A DNA stretch of 64,000 nt, taken from positions 192,001-256,000 of the forward strand of contig CBDBOV010000004.1 of NCBI GenBank assembly GCA_965208575.1, in the 5' to 3' direction. Under the pieces are notes generated by a model. The model was not told where the DNA came from. It saw only the letters and a list, made by a program, of their open reading frames with translations, and made no database searches. This DNA comes from Spirochaetia bacterium (GTDB lineage Bacteria > Spirochaetota > Spirochaetia > SZUA-6 > Bin103). The position numbers were made by a program, and so were the translations under genes. Below are positions 29,869 to 39,321 of the stretch, piece after piece (the stretch's first letter is position 1; each line of letters starts with the position of its first letter).

Positions 29869-30455
29869 TCAGAGTCCGATGGTCTTGAGCAGATCGGGGA
29901 TCGCCGCCTTCTGCTCGTCGGTGCGCGGCCGCATTGGCGCGGTCAGGGTGTCATGATCGATCACGCCGAGCAGCTTGAGCGCCGCCTTGAGACCTGCGAA
30001 GCTGCCTGACCGGCCGCTCCCGAGCGTGGTGAGGCGCGCTGCGGCGAGCGAGTTCCCGTGGTGGCGCAACGCCGCCTCGCCATCCCCGCGCTCGCCTGCA
30101 TTCCACTCGCCCGCCACGCTTGCCGGCGCCAGGTTGGCGAGGCTCGGCACGACCCCGTGGGCGCCGATGCCGGTCATGGTGCTGCGCCACGTGGTGCCGA
30201 GGAACCGGTACGGGTCGACGTGCTGCGTGCGGCAGCGCATCACCAGCTCGGCGAATGCCTCACCGGTCCCGGAGTTGTCCTTGACGCCCGCCACCGTACC
30301 CTCGACGGCCAGCCGCACGAAGGTCGCCGGCGCAGCGATGCGGTGTCGACCTCGCCGGCCGGCGTGAGCGGCGTCAGGATCGGGACCATCACTCCGCGGA
30401 TCGGGTCGCGGTCACGGGGCGCTGCACGGGTCTCGGTGGTGGCGGTGTCGGTCAT
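29869..30455 (-). pseudogene. Dihydrodipicolinate synthase (DapA) family pseudogene with an internal deletion and frame change
   Basis: N-terminus IRGVMVPILTPLTPAGEVDTASLRR joins out of frame (~30330) to the later part (AGVKDNSG...LKAALKLLGVI); the middle of the barrel is missing. Confidence 0.8.
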
Positions 30456-30608
30456 GGCAGTAATCGGGGCTCCTTGTATCGTTGCCGGCGTGCAACCGGT
30501 TGCCTGCGGCAGGCACGTGTCGCCGGGCAGGTGTATCATCCCGATCATGGGCCATCATCACAACCGGTTCAGCGTTTCCGCCGCGTCCGCGCGGGGGTGA
30601 CCGGAGCC

Positions 30609-31322
30609 ATGAACGTCGTGCTGTTCGACAGCGACCGTCGTGCGCAGAGCGTGCCGATTGCCGATCCCCGTGCCCGCCACCTGCTGGAGGTCCTGGGCTG
30701 CCGGCCGGGCATGCAGTTCCGGGCAGGCGTCGTGAACGGTGCGTCCGGCCTCGGTACCGTGGCTGCCGTCGAGCCGGATCGGATTCGAGTCACGTTGTGC
30801 TGGAACGCGGCGCCGGTCGCCCTGCCCGACATCACGCTCATCGTCGGGCTGCCGCGCCCGCCGAGTGCCAGGAAGATCCTGTACCAGTGCGCCGCGCTCG
30901 GCTGCCGGGCCATGCACTTCGTGCATACCGGGCTGAGCGATCCCAACTACGCCCGGAGCAAGCTGTGGCGCGAGCACGAATGGCGCCGGCACCTGGTGGA
31001 CGGAGTACAGCAGTCGGCCGCTACCACCATGCCGGAGGTGACCTGCGGCATGGCGCTGCGCTGCGTGCTGGAACGCTCAGCAGCGGGTTGCACCGCGGTG
31101 GCGCTCGATCCGGAGAGCGGTGCGCGGCGTCTCGGCGTGGCCCGCGTGCGCCTGCCGCTGGTGCTCGCGGTCGGCCCGGAACGCGGCTGGAGTACGGACG
31201 ACCGTGCCACGCTGGCGCGCCATGGGTATACCCTGTGCAGGCTTGGAACGAGGATACTGCGCGTGGAGACCGCATGCGTGGCTGCGATGGCGATTGTGCA
31301 GGCGCGGCTCGGTGAGATGTAG
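30609..31322 (+). CDS. rsmE: 16S rRNA m3U1498 methyltransferase (RsmE family)
   Basis: ARHLLEVL, AVGPERGWS, LGTRILRVETA. Confidence 0.88.
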   Translation: MNVVLFDSDRRAQSVPIADPRARHLLEVLGCRPGMQFRAGVVNGASGLGTVAAVEPDRIRVTLCWNAAPVALPDITLIVGLPRPPSARKILYQCAALGCRAMHFVHTGLSDPNYARSKLWREHEWRRHLVDGVQQSAATTMPEVTCGMALRCVLERSAAGCTAVALDPESGARRLGVARVRLPLVLAVGPERGWSTDDRATLARHGYTLCRLGTRILRVETACVAAMAIVQARLGEM

Positions 31323-31392
31323 GCGCCCGCTCACCGAACGGTTGGGCGCCGTCCGGTAGGTGGGGTGCCGCGAGCACCGGGCGGAGCCGGTT

Positions 31393-32010
31393 CTACGCCA
31401 GGAGCCCGTCGAGCACCAGGGTCGCGAAGGCCTGGCCGAGGCGGTCGCCCTCTTCCACCAACCGGCGCGACTCCTCGTCGCCAATCTGGGCAAGCAGTTC
31501 GATGCCCATGAAGATCGCGTAGACCAGCCGCGCCGCGGCGGGCACGTCCAACGGGCGCATGGCACCGCCGGCGATCGATGCGTTCAGAGAACGTTCCGCC
31601 CGCTCGATGCCGGGTTCCAGGAGGTCGCTGCGCACCTGCTCGGCGAGCTTGTCGTCGGCAAGCACCGCCGACAGCACGGCGAAGAAGGTGGTCATCTGCG
31701 GATGGGCGTGGCGCACGCGATTGTTGATGGCGCGCCGGTAGCGTTCATGCATGCTGGCTGCCCCGCCTCCGCCGCCCACCACCTGGGCGTCGCCGATCAC
31801 CCGCTGCAACACGCCGACGAGCAGATCGCGCTTGCCCCTGAAGTGGTGATAGAGAGCACCCTCCGAGAGGCCCGCCTCCGCGGCGATCAACTTCGTGGTG
31901 GCCCGTTCGAAGCCGCGCTCGGTGAACACGGTCGCCGCCGAATCGAGGATGTGTTCGCGTTGGGCGGACGCGTACTTTCGACGTGCCGTTCCGGCGTCGC
32001 TGTCAGCCAT
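31393..32010 (-). CDS. TetR/AcrR family transcriptional regulator
   Basis: REHILDSAATVFTERGF..TT..IA..AGLSEGALYHHF HTH. Confidence 0.92.
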   Translation of the reverse strand: MADSDAGTARRKYASAQREHILDSAATVFTERGFERATTKLIAAEAGLSEGALYHHFRGKRDLLVGVLQRVIGDAQVVGGGGGAASMHERYRRAINNRVRHAHPQMTTFFAVLSAVLADDKLAEQVRSDLLEPGIERAERSLNASIAGGAMRPLDVPAAARLVYAIFMGIELLAQIGDEESRRLVEEGDRLGQAFATLVLDGLLA

Positions 32011-32030
32011 GGTCGAAAAGATATCCGGAA

Positions 32031-32058
32031 CTTGGCACACCGTCTACCCCGTGCCAAG
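32031..32058. promoter_or_regulatory. Inverted repeat just upstream of tetR, candidate operator
   Basis: CTTGGCAC-N12-GTGCCAAG. Confidence 0.35.
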
Positions 32059-32345
32059 CGATCAATCGCGTTGAATATTGTGCGCTCGCCATACCGCCCG
32101 GTCAATCGTGTTTCATAGCGGGCGCTCGGGCCGATCGATGAGGAGCCGACCGACTGACTCGGAGCTGCCGGATTGGCCGGGCCGTCCGGAATGCTTGCTC
32201 CAGGACGTCGATGACACCGTTCGCAACGTGCCGCCGGGCCGTCCGAGGCGCCGGGTGGCGTCTGCCGAGCACGCGTTGCCGGGCGGCAGCACACGCGAAC
32301 CGTACCGAGTCACGCAGGACGCGGCTGCGGTACACTCTCCACTGC

Positions 32346-33299
32346 GTGCTCCCCAATCCCGCACAGATCGGCTCGGCGCTGTCGGATCTCATCGGAGGCG
32401 GCGCCCGGCGGCGTGACCGGCCCGACTTCCGCCAGGGGTTCTACCTGGCCCTTGCCAAGGTGCTTGCCGCCGCGGCGTGGATCGATGCGCCGATCAATCA
32501 GCCCGAGGTGAACGTGATCAAGAGCCTGCTCAACGAGTTGTCGCCGCGTCTCACCAGTCGCGAATTGCAGTCGGTCCAGCGCTACCTCGCCGAGCCGGTG
32601 CCGGACGCCCACTGGGATGAGTTGCTGCTTGCATTGAGCGCCTTCACGCGACGCCGCCCGCGGTTGCAGTTCGCGCTGCAGCGGTTGCAGTCGCTGCTGG
32701 CGGCCGACGGCGAGCTCAACGCGGCGGAGCAGAGGCTGTTCGCGCAGGCGCGATCGGCGCTTGACTGGCGAGGCAGTCACCCGGATGCCAACGAGCCGGA
32801 CCCGACGCAAGCGGCGTCCGCTGCGGCGGACGCCGGCGATGGCCGCGACGACGGCGCGATACGCCTCGGCGACCTTGCCGGCGGCGGCGCTCGCGATGCT
32901 GCCCCGCCGTTGGTGGATCGGGTGCGGGAAGCGGCCGCTGCGCGCTTGGGTTACCCGGCGGACGTTCGCGTGCCGCGCCGGCTGGCGGTGTGGTGCGCAG
33001 CCGTAGTGCACGTCACGGTTCACCGCGCCCGTACCGACGGCGAAGACGCGGAGCTGGTAGGTTTCCTGGCCGCGGTCGGCGGCGTCGATGAAGCCACCGC
33101 CGAGACGGTGCTGGAACAGGCCCGCGAGGCGGGGCCGGCCGCCGCGGCGCGCGCGGAACTGGCCGCCGAGCTGCACGCTGTCGCCACCGCGGTCGAGGTC
33201 GCCTCTCTCGCGCAGTTGCTCAACGCGATGGCCGGCGGCGACGCCGCCCTGCGCCGCCTGCAGGAGGTGAGCCGCGGGATGGAGGGCCTCGCCTGGTAA
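32346..33299 (+). CDS. TerB-like domain protein, probably two degenerate TerB domains
   Basis: LAKVLAAAAWIDAPINQPE and LLAADGELNAAE motifs; start inferred. Confidence 0.6.
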   Translation: MLPNPAQIGSALSDLIGGGARRRDRPDFRQGFYLALAKVLAAAAWIDAPINQPEVNVIKSLLNELSPRLTSRELQSVQRYLAEPVPDAHWDELLLALSAFTRRRPRLQFALQRLQSLLAADGELNAAEQRLFAQARSALDWRGSHPDANEPDPTQAASAAADAGDGRDDGAIRLGDLAGGGARDAAPPLVDRVREAAAARLGYPADVRVPRRLAVWCAAVVHVTVHRARTDGEDAELVGFLAAVGGVDEATAETVLEQAREAGPAAAARAELAAELHAVATAVEVASLAQLLNAMAGGDAALRRLQEVSRGMEGLAW

Positions 33300-33311
33300 C
33301 GTCCCGACCGC

Positions 33312-34505
33312 TCATGCCGGGCGCTGCTGGATGGCGCGCAGGATCTCGTAACAGGCGCCGAGCGGGTGATAGTCGGTCTTGCTCGGCGGGCTCTTCCTGT
33401 CGTCGTAGCGGCGCCCGCGGCGGTCCAGCACCCGGTACCACGCGCCGTGGACGTGGTCCACGAAGTGGCTGTCGGCATAGTGCCAGGCGCGGTCGTACCA
33501 GTCCCAGTAACGTGCTTCTCCGGTGCGCACGGCCAGCACCGCCGCGGCGGCGACCGTCTCGGCGAGCACCCAGTAGTAGCGGTCGGTGTCGAGAATCTTC
33601 CCGTCCGGCGCGAACGTGTAGTGCATGCCGCCGTACGCTTCGTCCCAACTGCGCGCCAGCGCGGTGTCGAACAGCCGCACGGCAGCCGGCAACTGCCACG
33701 GCTCGGGCCGATGGCGCTCCAGAATCAGCAGCAGCTTGGCCCACTCCGCGAAGTGTCCGGGCAGATAGCCGTAGGGGCGGAACAGGTTGCGGGGATCGTC
33801 GCGGTTGTATTGCCAGTCGTGTTCCCAGTCGGTGGTGTAGTGCTCCCAGATCAGGCCCTGCGCCGGCGCCGCCAACTCGACGCAGATTCGGTTCGCCAGG
33901 GTGAGCGCCCGGTCCAGGTAGCGCGCTTCGCGGGTGGTCCCGTATGCCGCGAGCAGCGCCTCACACAGGTGCATGTTGGCGTTCTGGCCCCGGTAGGGGT
34001 CCACCGCCCGCCAGTCTTCGGCGGCGATCTCATCCGCGTAGAGGCGCGCGGACGGTTCCCAGAACCGCTGTTCGAGCAGGCCGTAGACTTCGCCGATGAG
34101 CGTGTCCGCGCCGGCCACGCCGACGCGCGCCGCCTGCGCGGCGGCAAGCAGCACGAAGGCGTGGCCGTACGCGTGGCGGGCGCCGTCCTCCACCCCGCCT
34201 GCGCCGAGCACCCAGGCGAAGCCGCCGTCGGCCTGCCGGTGTCCCGACCGCAGGAACGCAACCCCGTGGGCGGCCGCCGACCGGTACGCGTCGTCGTCGA
34301 ACAGTTCGGCGGCGACCGCGTAGTTGAACACGAAGCGGCAGGTGCCCACCAGGTGCTTGGTATCCCGGTCATAGATGGTGCCGTCGTCGGTGAACTGGTT
34401 GATGTAGCCGCCGCGCTCGGTGTCGATGCACGCGGGGTGGTAGAAGTGCATGATCCGCCGAACGTGCTCGCGGAGCACCGCGGGATCGCGGTAGTTCATG
34501 GCCAT
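33312..34505 (-). CDS. AGE family epimerase/isomerase (D-mannose isomerase/YihS-like)
   Basis: GQNANMHLCEA, PYGYLPGHFAEW, YYWVLAE, KTDYH. Confidence 0.9.
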   Translation of the reverse strand: MAMNYRDPAVLREHVRRIMHFYHPACIDTERGGYINQFTDDGTIYDRDTKHLVGTCRFVFNYAVAAELFDDDAYRSAAAHGVAFLRSGHRQADGGFAWVLGAGGVEDGARHAYGHAFVLLAAAQAARVGVAGADTLIGEVYGLLEQRFWEPSARLYADEIAAEDWRAVDPYRGQNANMHLCEALLAAYGTTREARYLDRALTLANRICVELAAPAQGLIWEHYTTDWEHDWQYNRDDPRNLFRPYGYLPGHFAEWAKLLLILERHRPEPWQLPAAVRLFDTALARSWDEAYGGMHYTFAPDGKILDTDRYYWVLAETVAAAAVLAVRTGEARYWDWYDRAWHYADSHFVDHVHGAWYRVLDRRGRRYDDRKSPPSKTDYHPLGACYEILRAIQQRPA

Positions 34506-34513
34506 GAGCGCGT

Positions 34514-35560
34514 TCAACCGTTGGGATTGATATGCACCTTGATGGACTGCGAGGACTTGTCGAGGGCGGCGCCGAACGCATCGTGCACCGCATCGAGCGG
34601 GAAGCGCTGGGTGACCAGGGAGCGGGCGGCTTCGGCGTTGTCGGCAACCATTTCCATCGCGATCTGGTAGTCGGCGCGGCCGTTGGTGGCCGAGTAGGTC
34701 ATGGCGCCGACGATCTCCACCTCGTGCTTGGCCAGCAGCAGCGGATTGATGCCGACGGTGGGCACGGTGAATACGCCGAGCAGCAGGAGCCGCCCCTTCG
34801 GCCGTATCGCGAGCTGGGCGGTAAGCAGGGTGTCTCCCCGCCCGCCGACCGTTTCCACCGCCACGTCGATCACGCGCATCCGGGCGAGCTCCTGCAGGCG
34901 CTCGTGCCCGGCCTCGTCGTCGGCAATCACCTCGTCGGCACCGAGGCGCCGGGCCGCTTCCTGCTGGTGCGGGTGGCGGGCGGTGATCAGGGCCGTGGCG
35001 CCGCTCGCCTTGGCGGCGATCAGGGCGGTCAGACCGATCGATCCTGCGCCGATGATCAGCACCGTCTCGCGGGCGCGCAGGCCAATCTTGCCGTAGCCGT
35101 GCACCGAGCACGCGAGCGGCTCGGCAAGCGCGATCACTTCGCCGTCGGCGCCATCCGGGGCACGGTAGGCGGTGCGCGCCGGAACCGTGGCCAGCTCGCT
35201 CATGCCGCCGGCGACCGTCTCTCCCACCAGTCCGCGTTCGGTGCACACGTGGTAGTTGCCGGTCAGGCAGAATGAGCAGGATCCGCAGCTCAGCAACGGT
35301 TCGACACCCACGAGGTCGCCCTCTCGCACGTGGCGGACGCCGGCGCCGACCGCGGTCACCGTACCCGCCACCTCGTGGCCGGGCGTCACTCCCGGGCGCG
35401 GCGTGAACTCGTTGCGGTAGAAGTGCAGGTCGGAGCCGCAGATGCCGGCGCTTGCCACCGCGATCTGCACCTCGCCCGGCCCCGGGTCCGCCACCTCCGA
35501 CTCCCCGATCGCCAGCTTCAGATCGTCCGTCCAGCGTACCGACTTCATCTTGTTCGCCAT
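34514..35560 (-). CDS. Zinc-binding (MDR) alcohol/sugar dehydrogenase
   Basis: GICGSDLH, GHE, CGSCSFC...C, EPLAC, IIGAGSIG. Confidence 0.93.
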   Translation of the reverse strand: MANKMKSVRWTDDLKLAIGESEVADPGPGEVQIAVASAGICGSDLHFYRNEFTPRPGVTPGHEVAGTVTAVGAGVRHVREGDLVGVEPLLSCGSCSFCLTGNYHVCTERGLVGETVAGGMSELATVPARTAYRAPDGADGEVIALAEPLACSVHGYGKIGLRARETVLIIGAGSIGLTALIAAKASGATALITARHPHQQEAARRLGADEVIADDEAGHERLQELARMRVIDVAVETVGGRGDTLLTAQLAIRPKGRLLLLGVFTVPTVGINPLLLAKHEVEIVGAMTYSATNGRADYQIAMEMVADNAEAARSLVTQRFPLDAVHDAFGAALDKSSQSIKVHINPNG

Positions 35561-35755
35561 TGCGTCCTGCCTCCTCGGTTCGAGTGCGCGGCACGGCGGC
35601 TGCAGGCCGTAGCCGATCGCGGACCACAGTATAGCCGGAAAGCCGCCCGCCTCGCCGGCAGCAATCGCGGTATTTCAGCGGTGGTTGCCACGGGCACTGG
35701 CGTCGGGCTATAGTTCGGGCAACACCTTGCCTACCGCGCGGGAGGTAAAATCGTT

Positions 35756-36772
35756 ATGGCCGAAGCCGATCTTACGGGGCGCTCAGTACGGGGCGAGTGG
35801 CAGCCCGAGTCGCTGCCCAAACCGTCACCGCTGTTCACCAAGCCGCTCAAGTTGCGTCCGATCTTCAACTTCTTTTTCGCACATGACGGGTTGCTGTATC
35901 CCAAGAACGCCATCTATGCCGGCCTCGCCGTGGTCGCCTGGCTGTGGTTCACGCCGAGCTTCGCGCGCACCGAGACGTTCGCGATCGGCTGGATCGCCGA
36001 ACTCTATCTGCGCAACGCGGCGCTGCTGATCCTGGTCGCCGGCGGCCTGCACCTGCGGCTGTACATGAAGCGCGTCCAGGGGCAGCGCTACAAATACAAC
36101 CCGCGCTGGCTTGCCGGCAGCAGCCGCGCGTTCATGTTCGGCAACCAGACCCGCGACAACGTGTTCTGGACGCTCGCGAGCGGCTGCACCATCTGGACGC
36201 TCTACGAGGCGGTCACGCTGTGGTTCTACGCCAACGAGTTCATCTTCTCGGTCAGTTGGGCACGGCATCCGCTGTACTGCGTGCTGATGATGGTGTTCAT
36301 CCTGCTGTTCCGGCAGGCGCACTTCTACTGGACGCACCGCCTCACCCATTGGAAGCCGCTATACAAGTGGGCCCACTACCTGCATCACAAGAACGTAAAC
36401 ATCGGGCCATGGTCGGGGCTTTCGATGCACCCGATAGAGCATGTGCTCTACCTTTCCGGTGTGGTGATCCACTGGATCATCCCCTCGCATCCGCTGCACG
36501 CCATCTTCCACCTGCTGCACGCCGGCATCAGCCCGGCTGCCGGCCACGCCGGGTTCTACAAGTTCGAGCTCGGTGAGAAGCATGCGATCAGCAACGGCGG
36601 CTACTTTCACTACCTGCACCACCGCTACTTCGATTGCAACTACGGCAACGAAGGGGTACCGCTGGACAAGTGGTTCGGCAGCTTTCACGACGGTTCGCCG
36701 GAGGCGCACAAGGCGATGCGCGAGCGCAAGCGCAAGCTCGGCAACCGTGGAGCACCGGTCACCATAAACTGA
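35756..36772 (+). CDS. Sterol desaturase / fatty acid hydroxylase family protein
   Basis: His boxes HFYWTH, HYLHH, HYLHH..F.CNYG; TM segments; GGAGG SD. Confidence 0.92.
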   Translation: MAEADLTGRSVRGEWQPESLPKPSPLFTKPLKLRPIFNFFFAHDGLLYPKNAIYAGLAVVAWLWFTPSFARTETFAIGWIAELYLRNAALLILVAGGLHLRLYMKRVQGQRYKYNPRWLAGSSRAFMFGNQTRDNVFWTLASGCTIWTLYEAVTLWFYANEFIFSVSWARHPLYCVLMMVFILLFRQAHFYWTHRLTHWKPLYKWAHYLHHKNVNIGPWSGLSMHPIEHVLYLSGVVIHWIIPSHPLHAIFHLLHAGISPAAGHAGFYKFELGEKHAISNGGYFHYLHHRYFDCNYGNEGVPLDKWFGSFHDGSPEAHKAMRERKRKLGNRGAPVTIN

Positions 36773-36791
36773 CAGCGCGCCGGCGGCCGGC

Positions 36792-37769
36792 TTGTCCGCG
36801 GCGGTGGCTGAACATTCCTTGAACCGCCGTACCGCGGTCGTGACCGGCGCCAATTCCGGCGTCGGGCGTTCGGCCACCGGGTTGCTGCTGGCGGCCGGTG
36901 CTCGCGTCACCTTGGTGTGCCGCGACCGAGGCCGGGGCGAACGCGCACTGGCCGAGTTGCAATCCGATCATCCGTCCGCATCCGCGACGCTCGAGATCGC
37001 CGACCTGGCGGCCATGGGGAGCGTGCGCGCGCTGGCGGCACGCCTCGCCGGCAGGCACGACAGCATCGATATCCTGGTGAACAACGCCGGCGTGTGGCGC
37101 AACCGGCTGGAGTTGACGGCCGAAGGGTTCGAGCGCACGTTCGCCACCAATCACCTGGGCCATTTCCTGCTGACCAACCTGTTGCTTCCGCGGCTGAGCG
37201 GCAGCGGCCACATCGTCAACGTCAGTTCCGAGGCCCACCGCAGCGGCGACCTGCGGCGCGCGGACTTGGACGAGATTGCGCGCGGCCCGGCCTGGCGTGG
37301 CACCTTTCCCGCCTACGCCGACTCGAAGCTGGCCAATGTGCTGTTCACGGTCGAGGCGGCGCGGCGCTGGCGGGAGCACGGCGTGACCGTCAACGCCGTG
37401 CATCCCGGCGTGCTGGCGACCGGCCTCTGGAATCAGAATAGCGGTGTACTTGCGGCCGTCCTGCGCCTCTTCACGTTGTTCATGCGAAGCCCGAGAGTCG
37501 GCGGCAATGCAGTGTTGAATGCGCTGGAATCGGCGCTGCAACATGAGGCTGTACGGTCACTCCGGGACAGGGAAGACGATGATAACCGGTGCCCGAGCAT
37601 CGCCCACCAGCCGGCTATTCCGGAACGGGCCACTGGACGCTACTTTCGGGTAACCCGCGAATCGGCCCCGCAGCCGCAAGCAGCCGACAGGGCGCTGGCA
37701 CATGAACTCTGGGAGCGTAGTCTCACGTGGACCGAAAGCACGGCAGTATGCACCGATTCGGGGTGCTGA
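36792..37769 (+). CDS. Short-chain dehydrogenase/reductase (retinol dehydrogenase-like)
   Basis: TGANSGVG, NNAG, NHLGHF, YADSK, HPG. Confidence 0.9.
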   Translation: MSAAVAEHSLNRRTAVVTGANSGVGRSATGLLLAAGARVTLVCRDRGRGERALAELQSDHPSASATLEIADLAAMGSVRALAARLAGRHDSIDILVNNAGVWRNRLELTAEGFERTFATNHLGHFLLTNLLLPRLSGSGHIVNVSSEAHRSGDLRRADLDEIARGPAWRGTFPAYADSKLANVLFTVEAARRWREHGVTVNAVHPGVLATGLWNQNSGVLAAVLRLFTLFMRSPRVGGNAVLNALESALQHEAVRSLRDREDDDNRCPSIAHQPAIPERATGRYFRVTRESAPQPQAADRALAHELWERSLTWTESTAVCTDSGC

Positions 37770-37818
37770 TATTTTCGTAATATTTTTTTGTTGACCATCC
37801 GATCAGCTAGTAACGATA

Positions 37819-38364
37819 TTGCGCGTCACATTAGCCACGCCCGCCGATGCAAGCGTTATCGCGTGTGTGCAAGTGGTTACGTGGCGCACCACCTACGGGG
37901 GGATCGCACCGGATGTACGCCTGGCCACCCTCTCCTACCGTCACCGCGAGTCCGCGTGGCGGAAAATCATTGCCGAATAGCGCTCCGAGGAACTTCAGTT
38001 CGTTGCCGAGACGGACGCCGGCGAAGCGGTCGACTTCGCCAGCGGCGGCCGTGAACTCGGGGGCGACCTCGAGTACGACGGCGAATTCCACGAGATCCAT
38101 TTCCTTACCCCGCAGCAGCGGCTTGGCGTCGGACGGCGGCTTGTCGCGGCCGTAGTCGAACGCCTGATCGACGCCTCGTTCGGCTCCATGTCGATCCGGG
38201 TATTGCAGGACAATCCATCGTGCCGCTTGTGCGCGGCGATCGGCGGTTCGCGGACGCGCAACCGCATTACTACGATTGGCGGTGCCGATTTCGCGGAGGT
38301 CGCCTACGGCTGGCATGACCTCGCACTCCCGAGGAGGAATCGGCACCGAAGGGAGGGGGTATGA
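37819..38364 (+). pseudogene. GNAT N-acetyltransferase pseudogene with an in-frame TAG at 37978-37980 (absent from the ORF track)
   Basis: Frame reads LRVTLATPADASVIACVQVVTWRTTYGGI...AE*RSEELQFVAE...QQRLGVGRRL...VLQDNP...EVAYGWHDL. Confidence 0.8.
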
Positions 38365-39302
38365 CTCCGAAAGTTGCTGTCCTTGGCGCCGGAGCCATGG
38401 GATGTCTGTTCGGCGGAGAGCTCGCCGAGCACGGCCTCGACGTCACGCTGATAGACGTGTGGCGCGAGCATGTCGATGCGATCAACCGCGACGGGTTGCG
38501 CATCGTGGGCCATCGCGGCAATCGCCGGGTCCGCGTGCGGGCGACTACCGATCCCGCATCGTGCGGAGCGGTGGACGTGGTGCTGGTGCACTGCAAGGCG
38601 GCGTGCACCGTGGCCGCGGTGAGCACCGCGCGCGACGCCGGATTGTTTCGCAACGGTACGGTCGCGATCAGTTTCCAGAACGGCCTCGGCAACGAAGAGA
38701 CGATCGCCGAGGTGATCGGTTCGCGGCGGGTGCTCGGCGGCGTGACCGCGCAGGGAGCGAGCGTCGAGGGGCCGGGCTGCATCCGCAGCTACGCCGACCT
38801 GCCGAGCCAGATCGGCGAGATGGGCGGCGGTGTCAGCGACCGCGCCACCGCGATTGCGGCCGCGTTCAGCGAACACGGTCTGCAGACCGTAGCGAGCGCC
38901 GACATCCGCCATGACATGTGGAAAAAGCTGATGGTGAACGTCAGCGTGAGTGCGATGTCGGGTATCACCAACCTGACCATCAGCGAGGCGGTGGCGACTC
39001 CCGAACTGAAGGCGATGTGCTACGGCGCGGTGGCGGAGGCGGTGCCGGTGGCCTGTGCCGACGGCGTCGCCCTCACGCACGAGGAGAGCCGCAAGACGCT
39101 CGACCTGATTGTCGGTCCGGGCGGTACCGGAGCCAACAAGTCGAGCCTGTGCGTCGACATCCTGAACCGGCGGCCCACCGAGGTGGACGTGATCAATGGC
39201 GCCGTGGTGTCGCATGGCGTTCGGCACGGCATCGACACGCCGATCAACGCCACCCTGGTAGCGCTGGTCAAGGGCATCGAGTCGCGTTACCTCGCCGGTT
39301 AG
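38361..39302 (+). CDS. panE: Ketopantoate reductase (PanE/ApbA) family protein
   Basis: VLGAGAMG, FQNGLGN, WKKLMVN, SS..VD..NRRPTEVDVING. Confidence 0.85.
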   Translation: MTPKVAVLGAGAMGCLFGGELAEHGLDVTLIDVWREHVDAINRDGLRIVGHRGNRRVRVRATTDPASCGAVDVVLVHCKAACTVAAVSTARDAGLFRNGTVAISFQNGLGNEETIAEVIGSRRVLGGVTAQGASVEGPGCIRSYADLPSQIGEMGGGVSDRATAIAAAFSEHGLQTVASADIRHDMWKKLMVNVSVSAMSGITNLTISEAVATPELKAMCYGAVAEAVPVACADGVALTHEESRKTLDLIVGPGGTGANKSSLCVDILNRRPTEVDVINGAVVSHGVRHGIDTPINATLVALVKGIESRYLAG

Positions 39303-39321
39303 AGCGGAGTGAGACCGAACC

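Noticed and set aside
32031-32058. Sigma54 promoter from the TGGCAC motif
   Set aside because: No TTGC at the -12 position on either strand.
33312-35627. 771-aa ORF as a single gene
   Set aside because: The upstream half is an alternative frame over the dehydrogenase gene; the AGE protein starts near 34505.
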